A stretch of DNA of 64,000 nt, from the NCBI RefSeq assembly GCF_009914755.1, contig NC_060930.1, one strand, 5' to 3'. Under the pieces are notes generated by a model. It saw only the letters and a list, made by a program, of their open reading frames with translations. It was not told the origin of the DNA and did no database searches. The translations under genes and the position numbers were made by a program. This document shows, piece by piece, positions 53,601-64,000 of this stretch. Origin of the DNA: the human T2T-CHM13v2.0 reference genome, Homo sapiens. Within the stretch, counting starts at the first letter, position 1; each line of letters begins with the position of its first letter.

Positions 53601-54523
53601 AGTTTTGAAACACTGTTTTTGTAGTATTTCCAAGCGGATATTTAGAGCGCCTTGAAGCCTATGCTAGAAATGGAAATATCTCCCCATAAAACCAAGACAG
53701 AAGCAATCTCAGAAACTAATGTGTGATGGCTGCATTCCACACACACGGTGGACCATTTCTCTTGATAGAGCAGTTTTGAAACACTCTTTCTGTAGAATCT
53801 GCAAGTGGATAATTGGACCTCCTAGAGGCCTTCGTTGGAAACGGGATTTCTTCATCTAAACCTACAGAGAAGAATTCTCAGTAACTTCTTCGGATGTGTG
53901 CATTCGACGCACAGAATGGAACATTCCCTTTGATAGAGCAGTTTTGAGACACCGTTTTTGTAGAATTCCCAAGTGGATATTTAGAGCACTTTGAAGTCTC
54001 TGCTAGAAAAGGAAACATCTTCATGTAAAAAGTAGATAGAATCGTTCTCAGAAAGTGCTTAGTGACGTGTGCGTTCAACTCACAGAGTTTAACGTTTCTT
54101 TTGATAGAGCGTTTCTGAAACACCCTTCTTGTAGTAGCTGCAAGTGGATATTTGGACCTATTGGAGGCCTTCTTTGGAAATGGGATTTCTTCATGTAACT
54201 CTAGATTGAAGAGTTCTCAGAAACTCCTTTGTGATGTGTGCATTCAATTCAAAGAGTGAAACCTCCCTTTTCACAGAGCAGTTTTGAAACACTGTTTTTG
54301 TAGGATTTCCAAGGGGATATTTATAGCGCATTGAGCCTACGGCGGAAAAAGAAACATCTTCCTATAAAAACTAGACAGAATACTTCTCAGAATCTGCTTT
54401 GCGATGTGTGCGTTCAACTCACAGAGTAAAACTTTTCTTTTGATAGAGCAGTTTTGAAACACTCTTTTTGTAGTATTTGCATGTGTATATTTAGAGCGCA
54501 TTGAAGCCCACAGTAGAAAAGGA
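8669..54523 (+). repeat. U4-U18: 15 consecutive canonical 18-mer HORs (starts 8669, 11726, 14783, 17840, 20897, 23954, 27011, 30068, 33125, 36182, 39239, 42296, 45353, 48410, 51467)
   Basis: All ORF anchors from 8807 to 54662 are spaced exactly 3,057 bp apart. Units differ only by a handful of substitutions, with no net indel. Confidence 0.97.
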
Positions 54524-57074
54524 AATAACTTCACCTAAAACCTAGACAGAAGCAATCTCAGAAACTACTTTGTGATGTGTACATTCAACTCACAGAGTGG
54601 AACTTTCCTCTTTATAGAGCAGTGTTGAAACACTCTTTTTGTAGAAACTGCAAGTGGATATTTGGACCTCTTTGAGGCCTTCGTTGGAAACGGGATTTCT
54701 TCCTATAACCCTAGACAGAAGAATTTTCAGAAACCTCATTGTGATGTGTGCGTTCATCTCACAGAGTGGAGTCTTCCGTTTGATAGAGAAGTTTTGAAAC
54801 CCTGTTCTTGTAGGATTTCCAAGTGGATATTTAGACCACTTTGAAGCCTATGATAGAAAAGGAAACATCTTCATGGAAAACATAGATAGAATCATCCTCA
54901 GAAACAACTTTGTGATGTGTGCGTTGAACTCACCGTCTTTAACCTTTCTTTTGGTAGAGAAGTTTTGAAACACTCTCTTTGTAAAGTCTACAAGTGGATA
55001 TTTTGAGCCCTTGGAGGCATTCTTTGGAAAAGGGAATGTCTTCACATAAAAGGCAGACGGAAGTGTTCTCAGAAACTGCTTTGTGATGTCTGTGTTCAAC
55101 TCACAGAGTTTAACATTTCCTTTGATAGAGCGGTTTAGTAACCCTCTCTTTGTAGAATTTGGAAGTGTATACTAAGAGCGCTTTGAGGCCTATGGTAGAA
55201 AAGGAAATATCTTTCCATAAAAGCTAGACAGAAGCAATCTCAGAAACTCCTCTGTGATGTCTGCATTCAACTCACCGAGTGGAACATTCCTCTTGAGAGA
55301 GCAGTTTGGAAACACTCTTTCTGTAGAATCAGCTTGTTTGTATTTGGACCTCCTTGAGGCCTTCGTTGGAAACGGGTTTTCATCTTATAAACCCAGACAG
55401 AAGAATTCTCAGAGTCTTCTTTGTGATGTGTGCTTTCAACTCACCGAGATAAAGATTTCTCTTGATAGAGCAATTTGGAAACACTCTTTTTGTAGAATTT
55501 GCAAGGGTACATTGAGAGCGCTTTCAGGCCTATGGTAGAAAAGGGAATATCTTTCCATAAAAGGTAGACAGAAGCAATCTCAGAAACTACTTTGTGATGT
55601 GTGCATTCAACTCACCGAGTGCAACGTTCCTCTTGACCGAGCAGTTTGGAAACATTGTTTCTGTAGAATCTGCAAGTGGATATTTGGACCTCTTTGAGGC
55701 CTTCGTTGGAAACGGGATTTCTTCCTATAAACCCAGACAGAAGAATTCTCAGAGACTTCTTTGTGATGTGTGAATTCAACTCACAGTGTGGATCCTTCCT
55801 TTTGATAGAGCAGTTTTGAAACCCTGTTTTTGTAGTATTTCCAAGCGGATATTTGGAACGCCTTGAAGCGTATGGTAGAAAAGGAAATATCTTCCCATAA
55901 AACCTAGACAGAACCAATCTCAGAAACGACTTTGTGATGTCTGCATTCAAGTCACAGAGTTGAACATTTCTCTTGATAGAGCAGTTTTGAAACCCTCTTT
56001 CTGAAGGATCTGCAAGTGGATATTTGGAACTCCTTTGGGTCTTCGTTGGAAACGGGATTTCTTCGTATAAATCTAGACAGAAGAATTCTCAGAAACTTCC
56101 TTGTGATGTGTGCATTCAACTCAGCGAGTGGCACCTTCCTTTGGATACAGCAGTTTTGAAACACTGTTTTTGTAGTATTTCCAAGCGGATATTTAGAGCG
56201 CCTTGAAGCCTATGCTAGAAATGGAAATATCTCCCCATAAAACCAAGACAGAAGCAATCTCAGAAACTAATGTGTGATGGCTGCATTCCACACACACGGT
56301 GGACCATTTCTCTTGATAGAGCAGTTTTGAAACACTCTTTCTGTAGAATCTGCAAGTGGATAATTGGACCTCCTAGAGGCCTTCGTTGGAAACGGGATTT
56401 CTTCATCTAAACCTACAGAGAAGTATTCTCAGTAACTTCTTCGGATGTGTGCATTCGACGCACAGAATGGAACATTCCCTTTGATAGAGCAGTTTTGAGA
56501 CACCGTTTTTGTAGAATTCCCAAGTGGATATTTAGAGCACTTTGAAGTCTCTGCTAGAAAAGGAAACATCATCATGTAAAAAGTAGATAGAATCGTTCTC
56601 AGAAAGTGCTTAGTGACGTGTGCGTTCAACTCACAGAGTTTAACGTTTCTTTTGATAGAGCGTTTCTGAAACACCCTTCTTGTAGTAGCTGCAAGTGGAT
56701 ATTTGGACCTATTGGAGGCCTTCTTTGGAAATGGGATTTCTTCATGTAACTCTAGATTGAAGAATTCTCAGAAACTCCTTTGTGATGTGTGCATTCAATT
56801 CAAAGAGTGAAACCTCTCTTTTCACAGAGCAGTTTTGAAACACTGTTTTTGTAGGATTTCCAAGGGGATATTTATAGCGCATTGAGCCTACGGCGGAAAA
56901 AGAAACATCTTCCTATAAAACCTAGACAGAATACTTCTCAGAATCTGCTTTGCGATGTGTGCGTTCAACTCACAGAGTAAAACTTTTCTTTTGATAGAGC
57001 AGTTTTGAAACACTCTTTTTGTAGTATTTGCATGTGTATATTTAGAGCGCATTGAAGCCCACAGTAGAAAAGGA
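54524..57074 (+). repeat. U19: 15-mer HOR variant (2,551 bp)
   Basis: ORF anchors 54662 and 57213. Same junction as U2, at 56070-56090. Confidence 0.96.
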
Positions 57075-60000
57075 AATAACTTCACCTAAAACCTAGACAG
57101 AAGCAATCTCAGAAACTACTTTGTGATGTGTACATTCAACTCACAGAGTGGAACTTTCCTCTTTATAGAGCAGTGTTGAAACACTCTTTTTGTAGAAACT
57201 GCAAGTGGATATTTGGACCTCTTTGAGGCCTTCGTTGGAAACGGGATTTCTTCCTATAACCCTAGACAGAAGAATTTTCAGAAACCTCATTGTGATGTGT
57301 GCGTTCATCTCACAGAGTGGAGTCTTCCGTTTGATAGAGAAGTTTTGAAACCCTGTTCTTGTAGGATTTCCAAGTGGATATTTAGACCACTTTGAAGCCT
57401 ATGATAGAAAAGGAAACATCTTCATGGAAAACATAGATAGAATCATCCTCAGAAACAACTTTGTGATGTGTGCGTTGAACTCACCGTCTTTAACCTTTCT
57501 TTTGGTAGAGAAGTTTTGAAACACTCTCTTTGTAAAGTCTACAAGTGGATATTTTGAGCCCTTGGAGGCATTCTTTGGAAAAGGGAATGTCTTCACATAA
57601 AAGGCAGACGGAAGTGTTCTCAGAAACTGCTTTGTGATGTCTGTGTTCAACTCACAGAGTTTAACATTTCCTTTGATAGAGCGGTTTAGTAACCCTCTCT
57701 TTGTAGAATTTGGAAGTGTATACTAAGAGCGCTTTGAGGCCTATGGTAGAAAAGGAAATATCTTTCCATAAAAGCTAGACAGAAGCAATCTCAGAAACTC
57801 CTTTGCGATGTCTGCATTCAACTCACTGAGTGGAACATTCCTCTTGAGAGAGCAGTTTGGAAACACTCTTTCTGTAGAATCAGCTTGTTTGTATTTGGAC
57901 CTCCTTGAGGCCTTCGTTGGAAACGGGTTTTCATCTTATAAACCCAGACAGAAGAATTCTCAGAGTCTTCTTTGTGATGTGTGCTTTCAACTCACCGAGA
58001 TAAAGATTTCTCTTGATAGAGCAATTTGGAAACACTCTTTTTGTAGAATTCGCAAGGGTACATTGAGAGCGCTTTCAGGCCTATGGTAGAAAAGGGAATA
58101 TCTTTCCATAAAAGGTAGACAGAAGCAATCTCAGAAACTACTTTGTGATGTGTGCATTCAACTCACCGAGTGCAACGTTCCTCTTGACCGAGCAGTTTGG
58201 AAACATTGTTTCTGTAGAATCTGCAAGTGGATATTTGGACCTCTTTGAGGCCTTCGTTGGAAACGGGATTTCTTCCTATAAACCCAGACAGAAGAATTCT
58301 CAGAGACTTCTTTGTGATGTGTGAATTCAACTCACAGTGTGGATCCTTCCTTTTGATAGAGCAGTTTTGAAACCCTGTTTTTGTAGTATTTCCAAGCGGA
58401 TATTTGGAACGCCTTGAAGCGTATGGTAGAAAAGGAAATATCTTCCCATAAAACCTAGACAGAACCAATCTCAGAAACGACTTTGTGATGTCTGCATTCA
58501 AGTCACAGAGTTGAACATTTCTCTTGATAGAGCAGTTTTGAAACCCTCTTTCTGAAGGATCTGCAAGTGGATATTTGGAACTCCTTTGGGTCTTCGTTGG
58601 AAACGGGATTTCTTCGTATAAATCTAGACAGAAGAATTCTCCGAAACTTCTTTGGTTGTGTGCATTCAAGTCACAGAGTGGAACCTTCCTTTGGATAGAG
58701 CAGTTTGAAACGCCGTGGTTGTAGTATTTCCAAGCGGATATTAGAGCGCCTTGAGGCCTATGGTAGAAAAGGAAATATCTTCCCATAAAACCTAGACGGA
58801 AGCAATCTCAGAAACTACTGTGTGATGGCTGCATTCCACACACACGGTGGAACATTTCTCTTGATAGAGCAGTTTTGAAACACTCTTTCTGTAGAATCTG
58901 CAAGTGGATAATTGGACCGCCTTGAGGCCTTCGTTGGAAACGGGATTTCTTCATGTTACTCTAGATAGAAGAATTCTCAAACACTGCTATGTGATGTTTG
59001 CATTCAAGTCACAGAGTGCAACATTCCTCTTGGTAGAGCAGTTGGGAAACACTCCTTTTGTAGAATCTGCAATGGGATATTTGGACTTCTTTGAGGCCTT
59101 CGTTGGAAACGGGATTTCTTCGTATGAATCTAGACAGAAGAATTCTCAGAAACTTCCTTGTGATGTGTGCATTCAACTCAGCGAGTGGCACCTTCCTTTG
59201 GATACAGCAGTTTTGAAACACTGTTTTTGTAGTATTTCCAAGCGGATATTTAGAGCGCCTTGAAGCCTATGCTAGAAATGGAAATATCTCCCCATAAAAC
59301 CAAGACAGAAGCAATCTCAGAAACTAATGTGTGATGGCTGCATTCCACACACACGGTGGACCATTTCTCTTGATAGAGCAGTTTTGAAACACTCTTTCTG
59401 TAGAATCTGCAAGTGGATAATTGGACCTCCTAGAGGCCTTCGTTGGAAACGGGATTTCTTCATCTAAACCTACAGAGAAGAATTCTCAGTAACTTCTTCG
59501 GATGTGTGCATTCGACGCACAGAATGGAACATTCCCTTTGATAGAGCAGTTTTGAGACACCGTTTTTGTAGAATTCCCAAGTGGATATTTAGAGCACTTT
59601 GAAGTCTCTGCTAGAAAAGGAAACATCTTCATGTAAAAAGTAGATAGAATCGTTCTCAGAAAGTGCTTAGTGACGTGTGCGTTCAACTCACAGAGTTTAA
59701 CGTTTCTTTTGATAGAGCGTTTCTGAAACACCCTTCTTGTAGTAGCTGCAAGTGGATATTTGGACCTATTGGAGGCCTTCTTTGGAAATGGGATTTCTTC
59801 ATGTAACTCTAGATTGAAGAGTTCTCAGAAACTCCTTTGTGATGTGTGCATTCAATTCAAAGAGTGAAACCTCCCTTTTCACAGAGCAGTTTTGAAACAC
59901 TGTTTTTGTAGGATTTCCAAGGGGATATTTATAGCGCATTGAGCCTACGGCGGAAAAAGAAACATCTTCCTATAAAAACTAGACAGAATACTTCTCAGAA

Positions 60001-60131
60001 TCTGCTTTGCGATGTGTGCGTTCAACTCACAGAGTAAAACTTTTCTTTTGATAGAGCAGTTTTGAAACACTCTTTTTGTAGTATTTGCATGTGTATATTT
60101 AGAGCGCATTGAAGCCCACAGTAGAAAAGGA
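57075..60131 (+). repeat. U20: canonical 18-mer HOR
   Basis: ORF anchors 57213 and 60270 are 3,057 bp apart. Confidence 0.96.
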
Positions 60132-62682
60132 AATAACTTCACCTAAAACCTAGACAGAAGCAATCTCAGAAACTACTTTGTGATGTGTACATTCAACTCA
60201 CAGAGTGGAACTTTCCTCTTTATAGAGCAGTGTTGAAACACTCTTTTTGTAGAAACTGCAAGTGGATATTTGGACCTCTTTGAGGCCTTCGTTGGAAACG
60301 GGATTTCTTCCTATAACCCTAGACAGAAGAATTTTCAGAAACCTCATTGTGATGTGTGCGTTCATCTCACAGAGTGGAGTCTTCCGTTTGATAGAGAAGT
60401 TTTGAAACCCTGTTCTTGTAGGATTTCCAAGTGGATATTTAGACCACTTTGAAGCCTATGATAGAAAAGGAAACATCTTCATGGAAAACATAGATAGAAT
60501 CATCCTCAGAAACAACTTTGTGATGTGTGCGTTGAACTCACCGTCTTTAACCTTTCTTTTGGTAGAGAAGTTTTGAAACACTCTCTTTGTAAAGTCTACA
60601 AGTGGATATTTTGAGCCCTTGGAGGCATTCTTTGGAAAAGGGAATGTCTTCACATAAAAGGCAGACGGAAGTGTTCTCAGAAACTGCTTTGTGATGTCTG
60701 TGTTCAACTCACAGAGTTTAACATTTCCTTTGATAGAGCGGTTTAGTAACCCTCTCTTTGTAGAATTTGGAAGTGTATACTAAGAGCGCTTTGAGGCCTA
60801 TGGTAGAAAAGGAAATATCTTTCCATAAAAGCTAGACAGAAGCAATCTCAGAAACTCCTCTGTGATGTCTGCATTCAACTCACCGAGTGGAACATTCCTC
60901 TTGAGAGAGCAGTTTGGAAACACTCTTTCTGTAGAATCAGCTTGTTTGTATTTGGACCTCCTTGAGGCCTTCGTTGGAAACGGGTTTTCATCTTATAAAC
61001 CCAGACAGAAGAATTCTCAGAGTCTTCTTTGTGATGTGTGCTTTCAACTCACCGAGATAAAGATTTCTCTTGATAGAGCAATTTGGAAACACTCTTTTTG
61101 TAGAATTTGCAAGGGTACATTGAGAGCGCTTTCAGGCCTATGGTAGAAAAGGGAATATCTTTCCATAAAAGGTAGACAGAAGCAATCTCAGAAACTACTT
61201 TGTGATGTGTGCATTCAACTCACCGAGTGCAACGTTCCTCTTGACCGAGCAGTTTGGAAACATTGTTTCTGTAGAATCTGCAAGTGGATATTTGGACCTC
61301 TTTGAGGCCTTCGTTGGAAACGGGATTTCTTCCTATAAACCCAGACAGAAGAATTCTCAGAGACTTCTTTGTGATGTGTGAATTCAACTCACAGTGTGGA
61401 TCCTTCCTTTTGATAGAGCAGTTTTGAAACCCTGTTTTTGTAGTATTTCCAAGCGGATATTTGGAACGCCTTGAAGCGTATGGTAGAAAAGGAAATATCT
61501 TCCCATAAAACCTAGACAGAACCAATCTCAGAAACGACTTTGTGATGTCTGCATTCAAGTCACAGAGTTGAACATTTCTCTTGATAGAGCAGTTTTGAAA
61601 CCCTCTTTCTGAAGGATCTGCAAGTGGATATTTGGAACTCCTTTGGGTCTTCGTTGGAAACGGGATTTCTTCGTATAAATCTAGACAGAAGAATTCTCAG
61701 AAACTTCCTTGTGATGTGTGCATTCAACTCAGCGAGTGGCACCTTCCTTTGGATACAGCAGTTTTGAAACACTGTTTTTGTAGTATTTCCAAGCGGATAT
61801 TTAGAGCGCCTTGAAGCCTATGCTAGAAATGGAAATATCTCCCCATAAAACCAAGACAGAAGCAATCTCAGAAACTAATGTGTGATGGCTGCATTCCACA
61901 CACACGGTGGACCATTTCTCTTGATAGAGCAGTTTTGAAACACTCTTTCTGTAGAATCTGCAAGTGGATAATTGGACCTCCTAGAGGCCTTCGTTGGAAA
62001 CGGGATTTCTTCATCTAAACCTACAGAGAAGTATTCTCAGTAACTTCTTCGGATGTGTGCATTCGACGCACAGAATGGAACATTCCCTTTGATAGAGCAG
62101 TTTTGAGACACCGTTTTTGTAGAATTCCCAAGTGGATATTTAGAGCACTTTGAAGTCTCTGCTAGAAAAGGAAACATCATCATGTAAAAAGTAGATAGAA
62201 TCGTTCTCAGAAAGTGCTTAGTGACGTGTGCGTTCAACTCACAGAGTTTAACGTTTCTTTTGATAGAGCGTTTCTGAAACACCCTTCTTGTAGTAGCTGC
62301 AAGTGGATATTTGGACCTATTGGAGGCCTTCTTTGGAAATGGGATTTCTTCATGTAACTCTAGATTGAAGAATTCTCAGAAACTACTTTGTGATGTGTGC
62401 ATTCAATTCAAAGAGTGAAACCTCTCTTTTCACAGAGCAGTTTTGAAACACTGTTTTTGTAGGATTTCCAAGGGGATATTTATAGCGCATTGAGCCTACG
62501 GCGGAAAAAGAAACATCTTCCTATAAAACCTAGACAGAATACTTCTCAGAATCTGCTTTGCGATGTGTGCGTTCAACTCACAGAGTAAAACTTTTCTTTT
62601 GATAGAGCAGTTTTGAAACACTCTTTTTGTAGTATTTGCATGTGTATATTTAGAGCGCATTGAAGCCCACAGTAGAAAAGGA
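60132..62682 (+). repeat. U21: 15-mer HOR variant (2,551 bp)
   Basis: ORF anchors 60270 and 62821. Junction at 61678-61698. Confidence 0.96.
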
Positions 62683-64000
62683 AATAACTTCACCTAAAAC
62701 CTAGACAGAAGCAATCTCAGAAACTACTTTGTGATGTGTACATTCAACTCACAGAGTGGAACTTTCCTCTTTATAGAGCAGTGTTGAAACACTCTTTTTG
62801 TAGAAACTGCAAGTGGATATTTGGACCTCTTTGAGGCCTTCGTTGGAAACGGGATTTCTTCCTATAACCCTAGACAGAAGAATTTTCAGAAACCTCATTG
62901 TGATGTGTGCGTTCATCTCACAGAGTGGAGTCTTCCGTTTGATAGAGAAGTTTTGAAACCCTGTTCTTGTAGGATTTCCAAGTGGATATTTAGACCACTT
63001 TGAAGCCTATGATAGAAAAGGAAACATCTTCATGGAAAACATAGATAGAATCATCCTCAGAAACAACTTTGTGATGTGTGCGTTGAACTCACCGTCTTTA
63101 ACCTTTCTTTTGGTAGAGAAGTTTTGAAACACTCTCTTTGTAAAGTCTACAAGTGGATATTTTGAGCCCTTGGAGGCATTCTTTGGAAAAGGGAATGTCT
63201 TCACATAAAAGGCAGACGGAAGTGTTCTCAGAAACTGCTTTGTGATGTCTGTGTTCAACTCACAGAGTTTAACATTTCCTTTGATAGAGCGGTTTAGTAA
63301 CCCTCTCTTTGTAGAATTTGGAAGTGTATACTGAGAGCGCTTTGAGGCCTATGGTAGAAAAGGAAATATCTTTCCATAAAAGCTAGACAGAAGCAATCTC
63401 AGAAACTCCTTTGCGATGTCTGCATTCAACTCACCGAGTGGAACATTCCTCTTGAGAGAGCAGTTTGGAAACACTCTTTCTGTAGAATCAGCTTGTTTGT
63501 ATTTGGACCTCCTTGAGGCCTTCGTTGGAAACGGGTTTTCATCTTATAAACCCAGACAGAAGAATTCTCAGAGTCTTCTTTGTGATGTGTGCTTTCAACT
63601 CACCGAGATAAAGATTTCTCTTGATAGAGCAATTTGGAAACACTCTTTTTGTAGAATTTGCAAGGGTACATTGAGAGCGCTTTCAGGCCTATGGTAGAAA
63701 AGGGAATATCTTTCCATAAAAGGTAGACAGAAGCAATCTCAGAAACTACTTTGTGATGTGTGCATTCAACTCACCGAGTGCAACGTTCCTCTTGACCGAG
63801 CAGTTTGGAAACATTGTTTCTGTAGAATCTGCAAGTGGATATTTGGACCTCTTTGAGGCCTTCGTTGGAAACGGGATTTCTTCCTATAAACCCAGACAGA
63901 AGAATTCTCAGAGACTTCTTTGTGATGTGTGAATTCAACTCACAGTGTGGATCCTTCCTTTTGATAGAGCAGTTTTGAAACCCTGTTTTTGTAGTATTTC
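62683..64000 (+). repeat. U22: partial HOR (first 1,318 bp), truncated by the window edge
   Basis: Matches U1 positions 1-1318. It ends before the 15/18-mer junction, so its type cannot be determined. Confidence 0.95.

Larger units (their letters stand above)
1..64000 (+). repeat. D6Z1: Centromeric alpha-satellite HOR array, most likely human chr6 D6Z1 (S1C6H1L, suprachromosomal family 1)
   Basis: Tandem ~170-bp monomers carry alphoid hallmarks (TTCAACTCACAGAG, GATAGAGCAGTTTTGAAACAC, CTTCGTTGGAAACGGGA). The ORF track recurs with a 3,057-bp period (e.g. 8807, 11864, 14921 ... 54662). I counted 18 box positions per period and one GGATCC per unit, matching the ~3-kb BamHI 18-mer known for D6Z1. 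Alpha-satellite identity is essentially certain, while the chromosome assignment is recalled rather than searched. Confidence 0.93.

Noticed and set aside
139-63697. About 170 ORFs of 60-207 aa, including a recurring 207-aa minus-strand ORF (e.g. 1089-1712)
   Set aside because: They are translations of the satellite. They recur with the HOR period, overlap on both strands, contain monomer-period pseudo-repeats (FQNCSIKR, FEAFVGNG), often use non-ATG starts and resemble no protein family I recognise.
156-63876. Regularly spaced identical 17-25-bp motif superficially resembling CRISPR direct repeats
   Set aside because: The motif is the CENP-B box. The intervening 150-830-bp stretches are homologous monomers rather than unique spacers, and there are no cas genes or leader.
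1-64000. Looked for an L1/Alu insertion, inversion, unique island or transition to monomeric satellite
   Set aside because: All unit lengths are fully accounted for (3,057, 2,551, 3,060), orientation is constant and I saw no non-alphoid sequence.
1-64000. A previously undescribed biological system
   Set aside because: Nothing in the sequence supports one. Everything is explained by a known class of centromeric satellite and its recombinational turnover.

Overview
The whole 64 kb window is one uninterrupted, single-orientation array of primate centromeric alpha-satellite (~171-bp monomers) organised as a 3,057-bp, 18-monomer higher-order repeat (HOR). The unit size, one BamHI site per unit and SF1-type alternation of CENP-B-box and pJalpha-box monomers match human chromosome 6 D6Z1 (S1C6H1L). 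This assignment is from recollection, not a database search. Taking position 1 as the phase, there are 21 complete units plus a partial one (U1-U22; monomers m1-m18 are my numbering from position 1). Seventeen are canonical 18-mers, three are 2,551-bp 15-mers, one is a 3,060-bp chimeric 18-mer, and the last is a 1,318-bp partial. I found no genes, RNAs, transposons, CRISPR arrays or unique sequence, and the ORF track is just the satellite translated repeatedly. I found no new biological system. What merits a second look is the record of array evolution: mappable recombination junctions next to CENP-B boxes, a 15-mer/18-mer recombinant unit, a 5,608-bp (15+18) super-repeat, and SNV haplotypes showing blocks and mosaicism. 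SNVs were read by eye, so some may be missed.
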